DNA of 61,597 nucleotides, counting the filler. It is 8 parts of 8 records of this genome, joined end to end, with 100 filler letters (N's around TTAATTAATTAA, not from the genome) between each part and the next. Parts side by side here need not be neighbours in the genome. Positions count along the whole stretch, not along the records: positions 29,730 to 37,185 come from DRR723986_25759; positions 37,286 to 43,465 come from DRR723986_25778; 6 more parts are not named here. One strand, 5' to 3'. A program made the position numbers and the translations under genes. Position 1 is the first letter of the stretch. Every line of letters begins with the position of its first letter. Below are positions 29,959 through 38,250 of this stretch, piece after piece. Under the pieces are notes generated by a model, which did no database searches, had not been told where the DNA came from, and worked only from the letters and a program-made list of their open reading frames with translations.

Positions 29959-31476
29959 TCACTCTCCTCGCGGATACCTCTGGCTTTCTTCCACGATGTT
30001 CAGGTCCATGTGGTTGCGCATGTAGCGTTCGGAGGCTTTTTGCAGCGGCTGGTAGTCCCAGGGGAAATAGGCGCCGTTGCGCAGGGCTTCGTAGACGATC
30101 CAGCGGCGGGCCTGGGACTGGCGCACTTCGGCGTCGAAAGCGGCCATGTCCCATTGTTTCCCTGCGATTTCGGCGAAACGCACGGCGGTTGCTGCATGGG
30201 CCGGGTCGGCGGCGAGGTTGGTCAGTTCGTGCGGGTCGTCCGTCACGTTGAAGAGCAGCGGCGGGTCGAGTTCGCAATGGATGTATTTCCAGTCGCCCTC
30301 CCGGATGCCGACCAGCGGAGCGTAGGAAGCCTCAGCAGCATATTCCATCAGCACCGGTGCGGTACGGGCTTCGCCTTTTGCCAGCGGAACCAGGCTGGTG
30401 CCGTCGGTCCAGGGCATGATCTCGCTCATGTCGATGCCGGCGAGGTCGCAGACGGTCGGCAGAACGTCGAGCGTGCTGACCGGTTCGGAAATGTGCTTCG
30501 GCGCGAGATCCGCATCGGCAACCATCAGCGGCACGCGGGCCGAGCCTTCGAAGAAGTTCATCTTGAACCACAGGCCGCGCTCACCCAGCATGTCGCCATG
30601 GTCGGAGACGAACAGGACGGTGGTGTCCTCGGTCAGGTCCATCGCGTCGAGCGCGTGCAGGATTTCGCCGATCTTGTCGTCCAGATAGGTAATGTTGGCG
30701 AAATAGGCCTGTCGCGAGCGGCGGATGTCTTCTTCGGTGATGTTGAAGTTGCGCCAGTCGTTGGCATCGAAGATGCGCTTTGCATGCGGGTCGTGGTCGT
30801 CGTAGTCCATCGCCGGAACCTGCGGCAGCAGGTGCTCGCAGTCTTCGTAGAGGTCCCAGTACTTCTGGCGGGCGACATAAGGATCGTGCGGGTGGGTGAA
30901 GCTGACCGTCAGGCAGAACGGGCGGTCGTATTTGCCGCGGCCGTAGTCGTGGATCTTGCGCACAGCCTGGAAGGCAACATCGTCGTCATATTCCATCTGG
31001 TTGGAAATCTCGGCAATGCCGGCGCCCGTGACTGACCCCATGTTGTGGTACCACCAGTCGATACGCTCGCCCGGCTTGCGGTAGTCCGGCGTCCAGCCGA
31101 AATCGGCAGGGTAGATGTCGGTGGTCAGTCGTTCCTCAAAGCCGTGCATCTGATCCGGACCGACGAAATGCATCTTGCCGGACAGGCAGGTGGTGTAACC
31201 GGCGCGGCGCAGATGATGGGCATAGGTCGGGATGTCGGAGGCAAATTCGGCGGCATTGTCGTAGACGCCCGTACGGCGTGGCAGCTGGCCGGACATGAAG
31301 CTTGCGCGTGCGGGCGCACAGAGCGGCGAAGCGGTGTAGGTGTTCTCGTAGCGAATCGAACGGGCAGCAAGTTTCTTCAGGTTTGGTGCGTGCAGAAACT
31401 CCGCCGGGCCGTCCGGAAACAAGGTTCCGTTCAACTGGTCGACCATCAGGATCAGGATGTTCTTGCGCTTTCCCAT
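29959..31476 (-). CDS. betC: Choline-sulfatase
   Basis: NILILMVDQLNG, sulfatase motif CAPAR, GFEERLTTDIYPADFGW and YMRNHMDL; start MGKRK at 31476. Confidence 0.95.
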   Translation of the reverse strand: MGKRKNILILMVDQLNGTLFPDGPAEFLHAPNLKKLAARSIRYENTYTASPLCAPARASFMSGQLPRRTGVYDNAAEFASDIPTYAHHLRRAGYTTCLSGKMHFVGPDQMHGFEERLTTDIYPADFGWTPDYRKPGERIDWWYHNMGSVTGAGIAEISNQMEYDDDVAFQAVRKIHDYGRGKYDRPFCLTVSFTHPHDPYVARQKYWDLYEDCEHLLPQVPAMDYDDHDPHAKRIFDANDWRNFNITEEDIRRSRQAYFANITYLDDKIGEILHALDAMDLTEDTTVLFVSDHGDMLGERGLWFKMNFFEGSARVPLMVADADLAPKHISEPVSTLDVLPTVCDLAGIDMSEIMPWTDGTSLVPLAKGEARTAPVLMEYAAEASYAPLVGIREGDWKYIHCELDPPLLFNVTDDPHELTNLAADPAHAATAVRFAEIAGKQWDMAAFDAEVRQSQARRWIVYEALRNGAYFPWDYQPLQKASERYMRNHMDLNIVEESQRYPRGE

Positions 31477-31526
31477 GCTGCTTCTCCGCCGCGAGTGAGG
31501 ACCTTGCCGCAAGTGTTAGCTTTTTT

Positions 31527-31546
31527 TTAATTGAGCGATCAATCAA
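31527..31546. promoter_or_regulatory. BetI-like operator
   Basis: TTAATTGAGCGATCAATCAA, an imperfect palindrome resembling the BetI box, about 50 nt upstream of betC. Confidence 0.65.
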
Positions 31547-31684
31547 AAACGGCATAGTATGAAAAACAGGCGTCTTGGTGGCTGGCAATTCTGTCCGGAT
31601 CAAGGACGTTCAGGGCAGATTTCTTTCGCGCGGACACGTTCACGCGGCGTCATTTCCATAACGAGGACATCAAAAAGAGGGGAC

Positions 31685-33265
31685 ATGAAAATGGGAAATC
31701 TTAACAAGCACATCCTGCAGTCCGGGGTCTCCCGGCGCAGCATCCTGCAAGGTGCGGCAGCGATCGGCGGAGCGGCTGTTGTCGGTCAGTTCGCCATCGG
31801 TCCGGCAGCCGCGCAACCCAAGAAGGGCGGCACGTTCAGGGTTGGTATCGCCGCCGGTAACACCAGTGAAAACTATGACCCCGGCACCTGGGACAACGTC
31901 TTCGTGCAGGTGTTCGCCACATCCCGTCATGGCTACCTCATCGAGATCACCGCAGATGGTACCCTGGTGGGCGAAGTGGCGGAAAGCTGGGAGCCGTCTC
32001 CCGATGCCACGGTCTGGACTTTCAAGATCCGCCCGGGGATCGAGTATCACAGCGGCGGCACGGTCAAGCCGGAAGACGTGGTGGCCTCGATCAACTATCA
32101 CCGCGGCGAAAACAGCACCTCGGCGGCGAAGCCATTCGTCGATCCCATCAAGGATATCAGCGTCGACGGCGACAGTGTCGTGTTCACGCTGGAAGCGGGC
32201 AATGCCGACTTCCCGTTCGTGGTCAGCGACTATCACTTGCCGATCATGAAATCCTCCGATGGCAAGATCGATCCGACCAGCAGCGACGGTTGCGGTCCCT
32301 ACAAGGTCACCAACTACCAGCCGGGTGTCATTGCCGAGCTGACCAGAAACGAGAACTACTGGAAGACCGACCGGGCGCATTTCGACGATGTCAAGCTGCT
32401 GACCATCGTTGACCCTGCAGCGCGTCAGTCAGCACTCCTGACCGGCAATGTCGATGTCATCGATCAGGTGGACCTGAAGACTGTCGGCCTGTTCAAGCGC
32501 TCGCCGAACGTCACGATCCTGTCGACCACAGGCACGCAGCACTACACGTTTGCGATGGACACGCGCACGGCGCCCTTTAGCGACAACAATGTACGTATGG
32601 CGCTGAAATATGCTGTCGATCGCCAGGAACTGGTCGACAAGATCCTGTTCGGCTACGGGGCTGTTGGGAACGATCATCCGATCAGCCCGTCAAACCGCTT
32701 CTTCGCGGGCGACCTGGAACAGACTACCTACGATCCCGACAAGTCGAAATACTACCTGAAACAGGCCGGTCTCGATTCCCTTGACGTCAGCCTTTCAGCG
32801 GCTGATGCGGCCTTCGGTGGTGCCGTCGATGCGGCCGTGCTTTATTCAAACAGCGCGAGCAAGGCCGGCATCAACATCAAGCCGACGCGCGAGCCGAATG
32901 ACGGTTACTGGTCCGATGTGTGGATGAAAAAGCCCTTCTGCGCGGTCTACTGGGGCGGACGTCCGACGGAAGACTGGATGTTCTCCGTAGCCTATGCGTC
33001 AGGCGCTCCCTGGAACGATACCTACTGGGAGAACGAGCGCTTCAACCAGTTGCTGAAGACGGCACGTTCCGAGCTTGATGAAACCAAGCGTGCCGATATG
33101 TACCGCGAAATGCAGAACCTGGTGCGCACCGACGGTGGTGTGATTATTCCGATGTTCGCCAGCTATGTCATGGCGCACAACGAAAAGGTCCAGCATCCGG
33201 AAAAGGTTGCCGCCAACTGGACCCTGGACGGTTTCCGCGCCGTCGAACGCTGGTGGTTCGCTTAA
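31685..33265 (+). CDS. Tat-exported ABC solute-binding protein, family 5 (Opp/Dpp-like)
   Basis: Tat motif SRRSILQG, AESWEPSPDATVWTFKIR, GCGPYK and NENYWK; RBS AGAGGGG before 31685. Confidence 0.9.
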   Translation: MKMGNLNKHILQSGVSRRSILQGAAAIGGAAVVGQFAIGPAAAQPKKGGTFRVGIAAGNTSENYDPGTWDNVFVQVFATSRHGYLIEITADGTLVGEVAESWEPSPDATVWTFKIRPGIEYHSGGTVKPEDVVASINYHRGENSTSAAKPFVDPIKDISVDGDSVVFTLEAGNADFPFVVSDYHLPIMKSSDGKIDPTSSDGCGPYKVTNYQPGVIAELTRNENYWKTDRAHFDDVKLLTIVDPAARQSALLTGNVDVIDQVDLKTVGLFKRSPNVTILSTTGTQHYTFAMDTRTAPFSDNNVRMALKYAVDRQELVDKILFGYGAVGNDHPISPSNRFFAGDLEQTTYDPDKSKYYLKQAGLDSLDVSLSAADAAFGGAVDAAVLYSNSASKAGINIKPTREPNDGYWSDVWMKKPFCAVYWGGRPTEDWMFSVAYASGAPWNDTYWENERFNQLLKTARSELDETKRADMYREMQNLVRTDGGVIIPMFASYVMAHNEKVQHPEKVAANWTLDGFRAVERWWFA

Positions 33266-33362
33266 CAGAACCAAGACGGCACCTGCAGCCGTTAAGGCGA
33301 AGGCGGTGGAAACCGCCTCGCCGGATCGACCTTCAAAGCGCTCCTGTTTGGGGCCTTTCCAA

Positions 33363-33398
33363 CGGCCGGCCGGGCAAGTCCCGCCGGCCGCTTTTTTT
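33363..33398 (+). terminator. Intrinsic terminator after the solute-binding protein gene
   Basis: GC-rich stem CGGCCGGCCGGG...CCCGCCGGCCG followed by a T7 tract. Confidence 0.75.
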
Positions 33399-34705
33399 CA
33401 ATTGGACTTTTCCGAAATCAATTGTTGGCGAAAGGCCTCGACGTTGACGATCAGGCCCGGCAGCAACCATTGAAACAGCCGCACCACATCGCCAACCGGC
33501 TGCGCGTTGGTGTCCCGGGCAATCGCCGCTTGCAGGATTTTCGGTGTCAGTCCGCCAGGGTTGGGCAGCGTCCGGGCAAGGTTGACCGCGCAGTCGTGAA
33601 CGCGTTCGCAGGCCTTGCCATAGTCGGTGGTTTCGATCTGAGGACGCAGTGCATTCCACGCGAGGCGAAAGTAGCTCGGCCAGCGGGCAAGGGCACGATA
33701 GTCGGTGTTCACGAACGGCAGGCCGAGCGTGCGCATGATGTCGTCGTAGACATCTCGTGTCTTGCTGTCGACGTGGTGCATTTCCATGAGCACCGGTGCC
33801 CCCAGTCGCCGCGGCCCGTGTTCGCTGTCGTAGGGTGAAATGGTGCTGCTTTCGCGAAGGTCATGGTTCTCGATCAGAAGCCGGGCAGCTGTCGCGATCA
33901 GGAGATAGGGCATGTTGCCGTGGGAGAAGACCTCGATCTCGTCTCTTATCCGCTCGAGTTCCTGATCCGCATACCCGCGTTTGCGCAAATCCCTTGTAAT
34001 TTCCGGAACCGAAAAGGCGGCAACTTCCTGCTCTGCACATGATCTCAGCTCCGCGCAGGCTGCAACGAATTCCCTGCTTCCGGCAAGGTCTCGCAGTCCG
34101 CCCCACAAGGCGGCGTAGAAGTTCGGATATTGTGCAAAGGCCATCGTCACCACGCCCATCCATGGCACTTGCAGCACGGCCTTGGTGTCTTCGTAGACAG
34201 CGCGCAGCGCTTCGTCGGCACGGATCTCCGGAACCGTGGTCACTTGTGGCAAGGGGGAGGGCTTGCGGCGTGGCAGGGTCTTGCCGGACTGTTTGGCAAC
34301 CATCGCCGCCAGTGCCTGAAGTCCCGTTTCATAAATGCCGGCAACCGCGGAACGTGCCTCCTCTTCTGAAGCGCCTTCAGCATCGAACCTTCCCAACCAT
34401 TCCACTTCGCAGCCGTTGCCGGTCGCAAGGATCCGGAAAGTCGAAGTGTAGTCGCGCACGGGAAGGGGGCCAGAGAAGATGCGGTAGCTGTAGGTTCCGG
34501 GAACCGTTCCGTCGTCGGTCCGAGCTTCCTGGAGTATCGCGCCGTCCGGCAGTGTCAGGTGGCGCACCGTTCCGGAAGGTGTTTCGCTCGTCTTGCAGTC
34601 CGCAACGGCCGGATGCCATGCACCGATCTGGTCAAAACCACCTGCAAGCTGTCGGACCAGGTCTGGATGGACCGGCAGGGCTTTTTTTCGGTGAACGTCG
34701 ATCAT
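33398..34705 (-). CDS. SRPBCC (START-like) domain fused to a DehI-family (group I) haloacid dehalogenase
   Basis: N-terminal WHPAV...VRHLTL.DG...YSYRI..GPLPVRDY.S SRPBCC pattern. C-terminal internal repeat VYED.K..LQVPW / VYDDI...LGLPFVNTDYRALARWP. RBS GGGAGGA before MIDVH. Confidence 0.75.
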   Translation of the reverse strand: MIDVHRKKALPVHPDLVRQLAGGFDQIGAWHPAVADCKTSETPSGTVRHLTLPDGAILQEARTDDGTVPGTYSYRIFSGPLPVRDYTSTFRILATGNGCEVEWLGRFDAEGASEEEARSAVAGIYETGLQALAAMVAKQSGKTLPRRKPSPLPQVTTVPEIRADEALRAVYEDTKAVLQVPWMGVVTMAFAQYPNFYAALWGGLRDLAGSREFVAACAELRSCAEQEVAAFSVPEITRDLRKRGYADQELERIRDEIEVFSHGNMPYLLIATAARLLIENHDLRESSTISPYDSEHGPRRLGAPVLMEMHHVDSKTRDVYDDIMRTLGLPFVNTDYRALARWPSYFRLAWNALRPQIETTDYGKACERVHDCAVNLARTLPNPGGLTPKILQAAIARDTNAQPVGDVVRLFQWLLPGLIVNVEAFRQQLISEKSN

Positions 34706-34803
34706 CGTCTTCCTCCCGTTCAAGTTTGGGCAATCGTGAAGTGGCGGCTGTTCATTGGTCGGGTTTGGTCGCGTCATCGGGCTGACGCGACCGGGCCGTT
34801 TGT

Positions 34804-35364
34804 TCAGGCGCCCATCTGCTGAGCGTCGTATTGGGTAACCTGCGGGAAATCATGCTCCGGGTCTGCCACGTGCCGCACATACTGGATCAGGGTGTAGATC
34901 CCGATGATCCCGATGGTTTCCAGAAGGGCCTTGTCGGAAAAACCGGCCTGCCGGACTGCATCAAGCGTCGGGGCGGTCACCTGACCGCGGTTGCGGACGA
35001 CTTCATTTGCGTAGTCGAGCAGGGCCTGCGTCCGAGCATCCTCCGCGCGGCCTTCCATTGCGGCCAGCATCTCGGTTTCGCTGCCGCCCTGCATCTGGCC
35101 CACTTTCATGTGAACGTTGACACAATAATCGCAGCGATTGAGTGCGGAAACGAGCATGGCTACCTGTTCGACCTCCTTGCCCGTCAGTTCTATGCCGTCG
35201 TTGACGCCGGCATTAAGCGCAAGGAAACCCTTCAGCACATTTGGGGCATTGCCCGTGACCTTGAAGAGATTGATGACGCCGCCGAATTGCCGCTTGGCCT
35301 CATCAAACGCCTCCTTCGTGGCTCCTGTTGCCTGGCTGGGTTCGATTTGAAGCATGTTTGGCAT
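34804..35364 (-). CDS. AhpD-like / CMD family peroxidase-related protein
   Basis: EQVAMLVSALNRCDYCVNVH (CxxC...H); RBS GAAAGGA before MPNM. Confidence 0.85.
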   Translation of the reverse strand: MPNMLQIEPSQATGATKEAFDEAKRQFGGVINLFKVTGNAPNVLKGFLALNAGVNDGIELTGKEVEQVAMLVSALNRCDYCVNVHMKVGQMQGGSETEMLAAMEGRAEDARTQALLDYANEVVRNRGQVTAPTLDAVRQAGFSDKALLETIGIIGIYTLIQYVRHVADPEHDFPQVTQYDAQQMGA

Positions 35365-35385
35365 TTGTCGTTTCCTTTCGTGTGT

Positions 35386-35404
35386 CAACTGACCGACCAG
35401 TCAA
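35386..35404. promoter_or_regulatory. TetR operator copy 1
   Basis: CAACTGACCGACCAGTCAA, identical to 36063-36081 at 18 of 19 positions. Confidence 0.75.
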
Positions 35405-35455
35405 GTAGTGTTTAAGCGTGCTCGGACGTCCGGTGTTTGCCGCAACTGGCGGCGG

Positions 35456-36046
35456 TTAGGGTTTAAGGCTGTTCAGATGAGTGAGGGCGCCGGGGGCAAG
35501 AAGGGTGATGTGCGATGGGTCGTTCTGCGCCTTGGCCAGCAGAAGCCCGCCCTGAATGAGGCCGATGACGACATCCGCTCCCTTGTCGCAATCGATCCTG
35601 GCGAGTGAACCGGCCTCGATGAGCTGATGCAGGATATCGCGCACCGGGGCTTTCCACGTCGTCAGTGCATGTTTGATGGCCTCGCGTACAGGGATATCCA
35701 CCGCCCCGAGTTCCAGGCTCATGTTTCCGACAAGGCATCCTTGTGCAAAGCCGTGCCGGACTTTCCAGTCCCGGTTTGCCCGGGCGGGAACGTCGAAGAG
35801 CTGGCGGAGCTTTTCTTCCGGTGCTGCGTCACTGTCGGCAATGTCGCGGAACGCTTGTCCGAAAGACGTGGCATATCGCTCGATCGCTGCAGCCAGAAGA
35901 TCCGACTTCGAAGGGAAGTAGTGGTACAACGTTCCCTTGTTCACCCCGGCGCTCTTGCAGAGTTCCGTGGTGCCGACGGCACCGAAGTTGCGTCCCAGAA
36001 AGAGCTCGGTGGCGGTGTCGATGAGAATGTCGCGTGTCGTGGTCAT
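35456..36046 (-). CDS. TetR-family regulator, NemR-like
   Basis: HTH AGVNKGTLYHYFPSK and C-terminal GCLVGN motif. Confidence 0.88.
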   Translation of the reverse strand: MTTTRDILIDTATELFLGRNFGAVGTTELCKSAGVNKGTLYHYFPSKSDLLAAAIERYATSFGQAFRDIADSDAAPEEKLRQLFDVPARANRDWKVRHGFAQGCLVGNMSLELGAVDIPVREAIKHALTTWKAPVRDILHQLIEAGSLARIDCDKGADVVIGLIQGGLLLAKAQNDPSHITLLAPGALTHLNSLKP

Positions 36047-36062
36047 GCGGGATTGATATTTC

Positions 36063-36081
36063 CAACTGACCGATCAGTCAA
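36063..36081. promoter_or_regulatory. TetR operator copy 2 (autoregulatory position)
   Basis: CAACTGACCGATCAGTCAA with a TGAC-N6-GTCA dyad, 16 nt upstream of the tetR ATG. Confidence 0.75.
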
Positions 36082-36236
36082 TTGATTGACGCTCACCCCA
36101 AGTTCACGACGTCGCGAGGTGGGGTCTTGCCGTCTTCAGGTCTGGATGCCTCGAAAACGGCCGAACCGGAAGAAGATTGACCCCTGTCAGCAATGCAGCT
36201 CCGTGTCGCCAGATTTGATTTAGTTGAAAAAGACGC

Positions 36237-36267
36237 TTGACCTGGAGTGCACTCCAACCGGTACCTG
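36237..36267 (+). promoter_or_regulatory. MerR-type promoter with dyad in a 19-bp spacer
   Basis: TTGACC, then the perfect palindrome TGGAGTGCACTCCA, then TACCTG 19 nt after the -35 element. Confidence 0.75.
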
Positions 36268-36295
36268 AGAGAAATCGTTCCGTTCGGAGACTGAC

Positions 36296-36772
36296 ATGCG
36301 GATTGGCGACCTGGCCGAGAAATCGGGACTTTCGACCGACACCCTGCGCTACTACGAAAAGATCGGCCTTCTGCCGCGTCCCTTGCGGGACGGTGGTGGG
36401 CGGCGGGTCTACGATGCGACGATCCTCAGGTGGATCGACTTCCTGGACCGGCTGAAATCGACCGGTATGGGCATCAAGGACCGGCTGCGTTATGCGGACC
36501 TGCGTACAAAGGGCGAAGCTTCGTTGACGGAGCGCCGGAAGCTGCTGGAAACGCACAGGGGAAAGGTTGTCGGCGATATTGCCCGGCTCACCGAGATGCT
36601 GGACGTCCTGGACGATAAGATTGATCGCTACAGAAGGATGGAAGCGGGTGAGACCGTTGATCCGGCCTTCGAAAGCTGCGCCCGGACCGAACACGGCGCG
36701 CCGCCAAGCAAGGAAGCTCCGAAACATGAGCACCGCCCTGGAGCGCGGCCGCGCGCTGACGCAGAAACTTAA
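36296..36772 (+). CDS. MerR-family regulator (AdhR/NmlR-like)
   Basis: MRIGDLAEKSGLSTDTLRYYEKIGLL and LKSTGMGIK. Confidence 0.9.
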   Translation: MRIGDLAEKSGLSTDTLRYYEKIGLLPRPLRDGGGRRVYDATILRWIDFLDRLKSTGMGIKDRLRYADLRTKGEASLTERRKLLETHRGKVVGDIARLTEMLDVLDDKIDRYRRMEAGETVDPAFESCARTEHGAPPSKEAPKHEHRPGARPRADAET

Positions 36773-37106
36773 CCCCGACCTGGAAGCCATTCTCAGCGAT
36801 CGTTACGACGATCTTCTGCCCGGATTTTCCGAAAGCCTGATCGAATGGGCTTACGGCCGGCACTATGCCCGGGAGGGCCTCGACCTGAAAACACGCCAGT
36901 TGTGCACCATCGCGGCACTGACCGTACTTGGCGGGCAGACGGCTCCGCAACTCAAGATCAACATTGAGCACACGCTTGCCGCCGGTGCGGACCGCAAGGA
37001 AGTCGTCGAGGCGATCTGGCAGATGGCCGTCTACGGCGGCCTACCGGCAGCAATCAACGGCCTCAACGCGGCCCGGGAGGTGTTTGAGGCGCAGGATGCA
37101 GCGTAA
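36726..37106 (+). CDS. Carboxymuconolactone decarboxylase family protein
   Basis: YAREGLDLKTRQLCTIAAL and YGGLPAAING; start MSTALE with an AAGGAAG RBS. Confidence 0.85.
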   Translation: MSTALERGRALTQKLNPDLEAILSDRYDDLLPGFSESLIEWAYGRHYAREGLDLKTRQLCTIAALTVLGGQTAPQLKINIEHTLAAGADRKEVVEAIWQMAVYGGLPAAINGLNAAREVFEAQDAA

Positions 37107-37152
37107 GGGGATGTAAGCACACAGCGTTGCCGCCAAGATAAAACCCGCCGTG

Positions 37153-37185
37153 GTCATCCCGGATCTTCGCTGCGCTGCGTCCGGG
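37153..37185. repeat. GTCATCCC-type palindromic repeat (partial, at contig end)
   Basis: GTCATCCCGGATCTTCGCTGCGCTGCGTCCGGG. Confidence 0.7.
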
Positions 37186-37285
37186 NNNNNNNNNNNNNNN
37201 NNNNNNNNNNNNNNNNNNNNNNNNNNNNNTTAATTAATTAANNNNNNNNNNNNNNNNNNNNNNNNNNNNNNNNNNNNNNNNNNNN
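37186..37285. other. Artificial contig linker 4
   Basis: N run containing TTAATTAATTAA. Confidence 0.99.
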
Positions 37286-38210
37286 AAGGACCCGCAATGA
37301 AATTGGTGAGCTTAACGTAACGCTTAGGACTTTGCAGGAGCAAATTCAGAATGTTCCTGCAACTATTCAGACGGCGGTTTCTTCACGGTCTCGTGGCGGA
37401 GGGGATGATGATCCTCTTCAAAGTCGTATTTCGGAGCTAGAAAAGACACTCGATAAACTCCGTACGCTTGGATATACGAACCGCCATCCGGATGTTATTA
37501 ACGTTTTAAGGCAACTTGACACTCTCAAGGCAGAGGCCCAAGAGAAACAAGAAGCTATTGCTGCTGAACTTTCTGCGTCGGCAAGTGCAGGTAAGAAGTC
37601 TAATTCTTCGACAGAAACACCAAATCGTTTGTATGAGCAATTGATGTTCAACATCATTGATACGACAACAAAAGTTAAAACGCTTGAACAACGGGAACTC
37701 GAGCAACAAAAGCTTGTTGCTGAGATGGAAGAAAAAGCTAAGCGCGTGCCTGAAATTGAAGCACAGGAAAGCCAGCTGTTACGTGACTTCAAGCAAGTTA
37801 GAGATCGTTACCAAGAGTTTTTGGCGCGTAAACAGGACCTTCAACTAAGAATTGATGTTTCTGACTCTGATGAGAGTGTCAGCTTGCGTATTGTTGAGCA
37901 GCCAAACCTGCCCACCCGTCCAAGTGGCCCTCCGCGTTTGCTTTTCATGAGCGGTATGCTCGTATTTGCCTTAATGACAGGTGTTGGTTTTGCTTTGGTA
38001 CTATCAGTGTTACGCCCAGTGGTGCTAACAGTAGACCAGTTAAGAATGCAATTTGATCTTAATATTTTGGGGAATGTTTCAAGGTCTCTGTCTGAAGAAG
38101 AGACACGGCAACGCAGCATGGAGCTTTTGATGTTTGCTGGTGCTACTGCCTTATTGTTTATGGTATTCGGTGGTTTCATAGTGTTCGACATGATTGGGGG
38201 AACCGGGTAA
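37286..38210 (+). CDS. XrtA/PEP-CTERM polysaccharide chain-length determinant (5' truncated)
   Basis: YTNRHPDV, coiled coil, IVEQPNLP..PSGPPR and two C-terminal TM segments. Confidence 0.85.
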
Positions 38211-38250
38211 TTGCGCAAGTTACTCCGCTTCACAAAGAGTTGTAAGACAA

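Noticed and set aside
36726-36772. 47-nt merR/CMD overlap as programmed frameshifting or a fusion
   Set aside because: The CMD gene has its own RBS and ATG and no slippery site is evident. A simple C-terminal extension of merR explains it.
23925-37106. Treating imuABC, betC and the DehI module as one genomic island
   Set aside because: They are separated by an artificial linker (29630-29729) and differ markedly in GC content, so they are different contigs.
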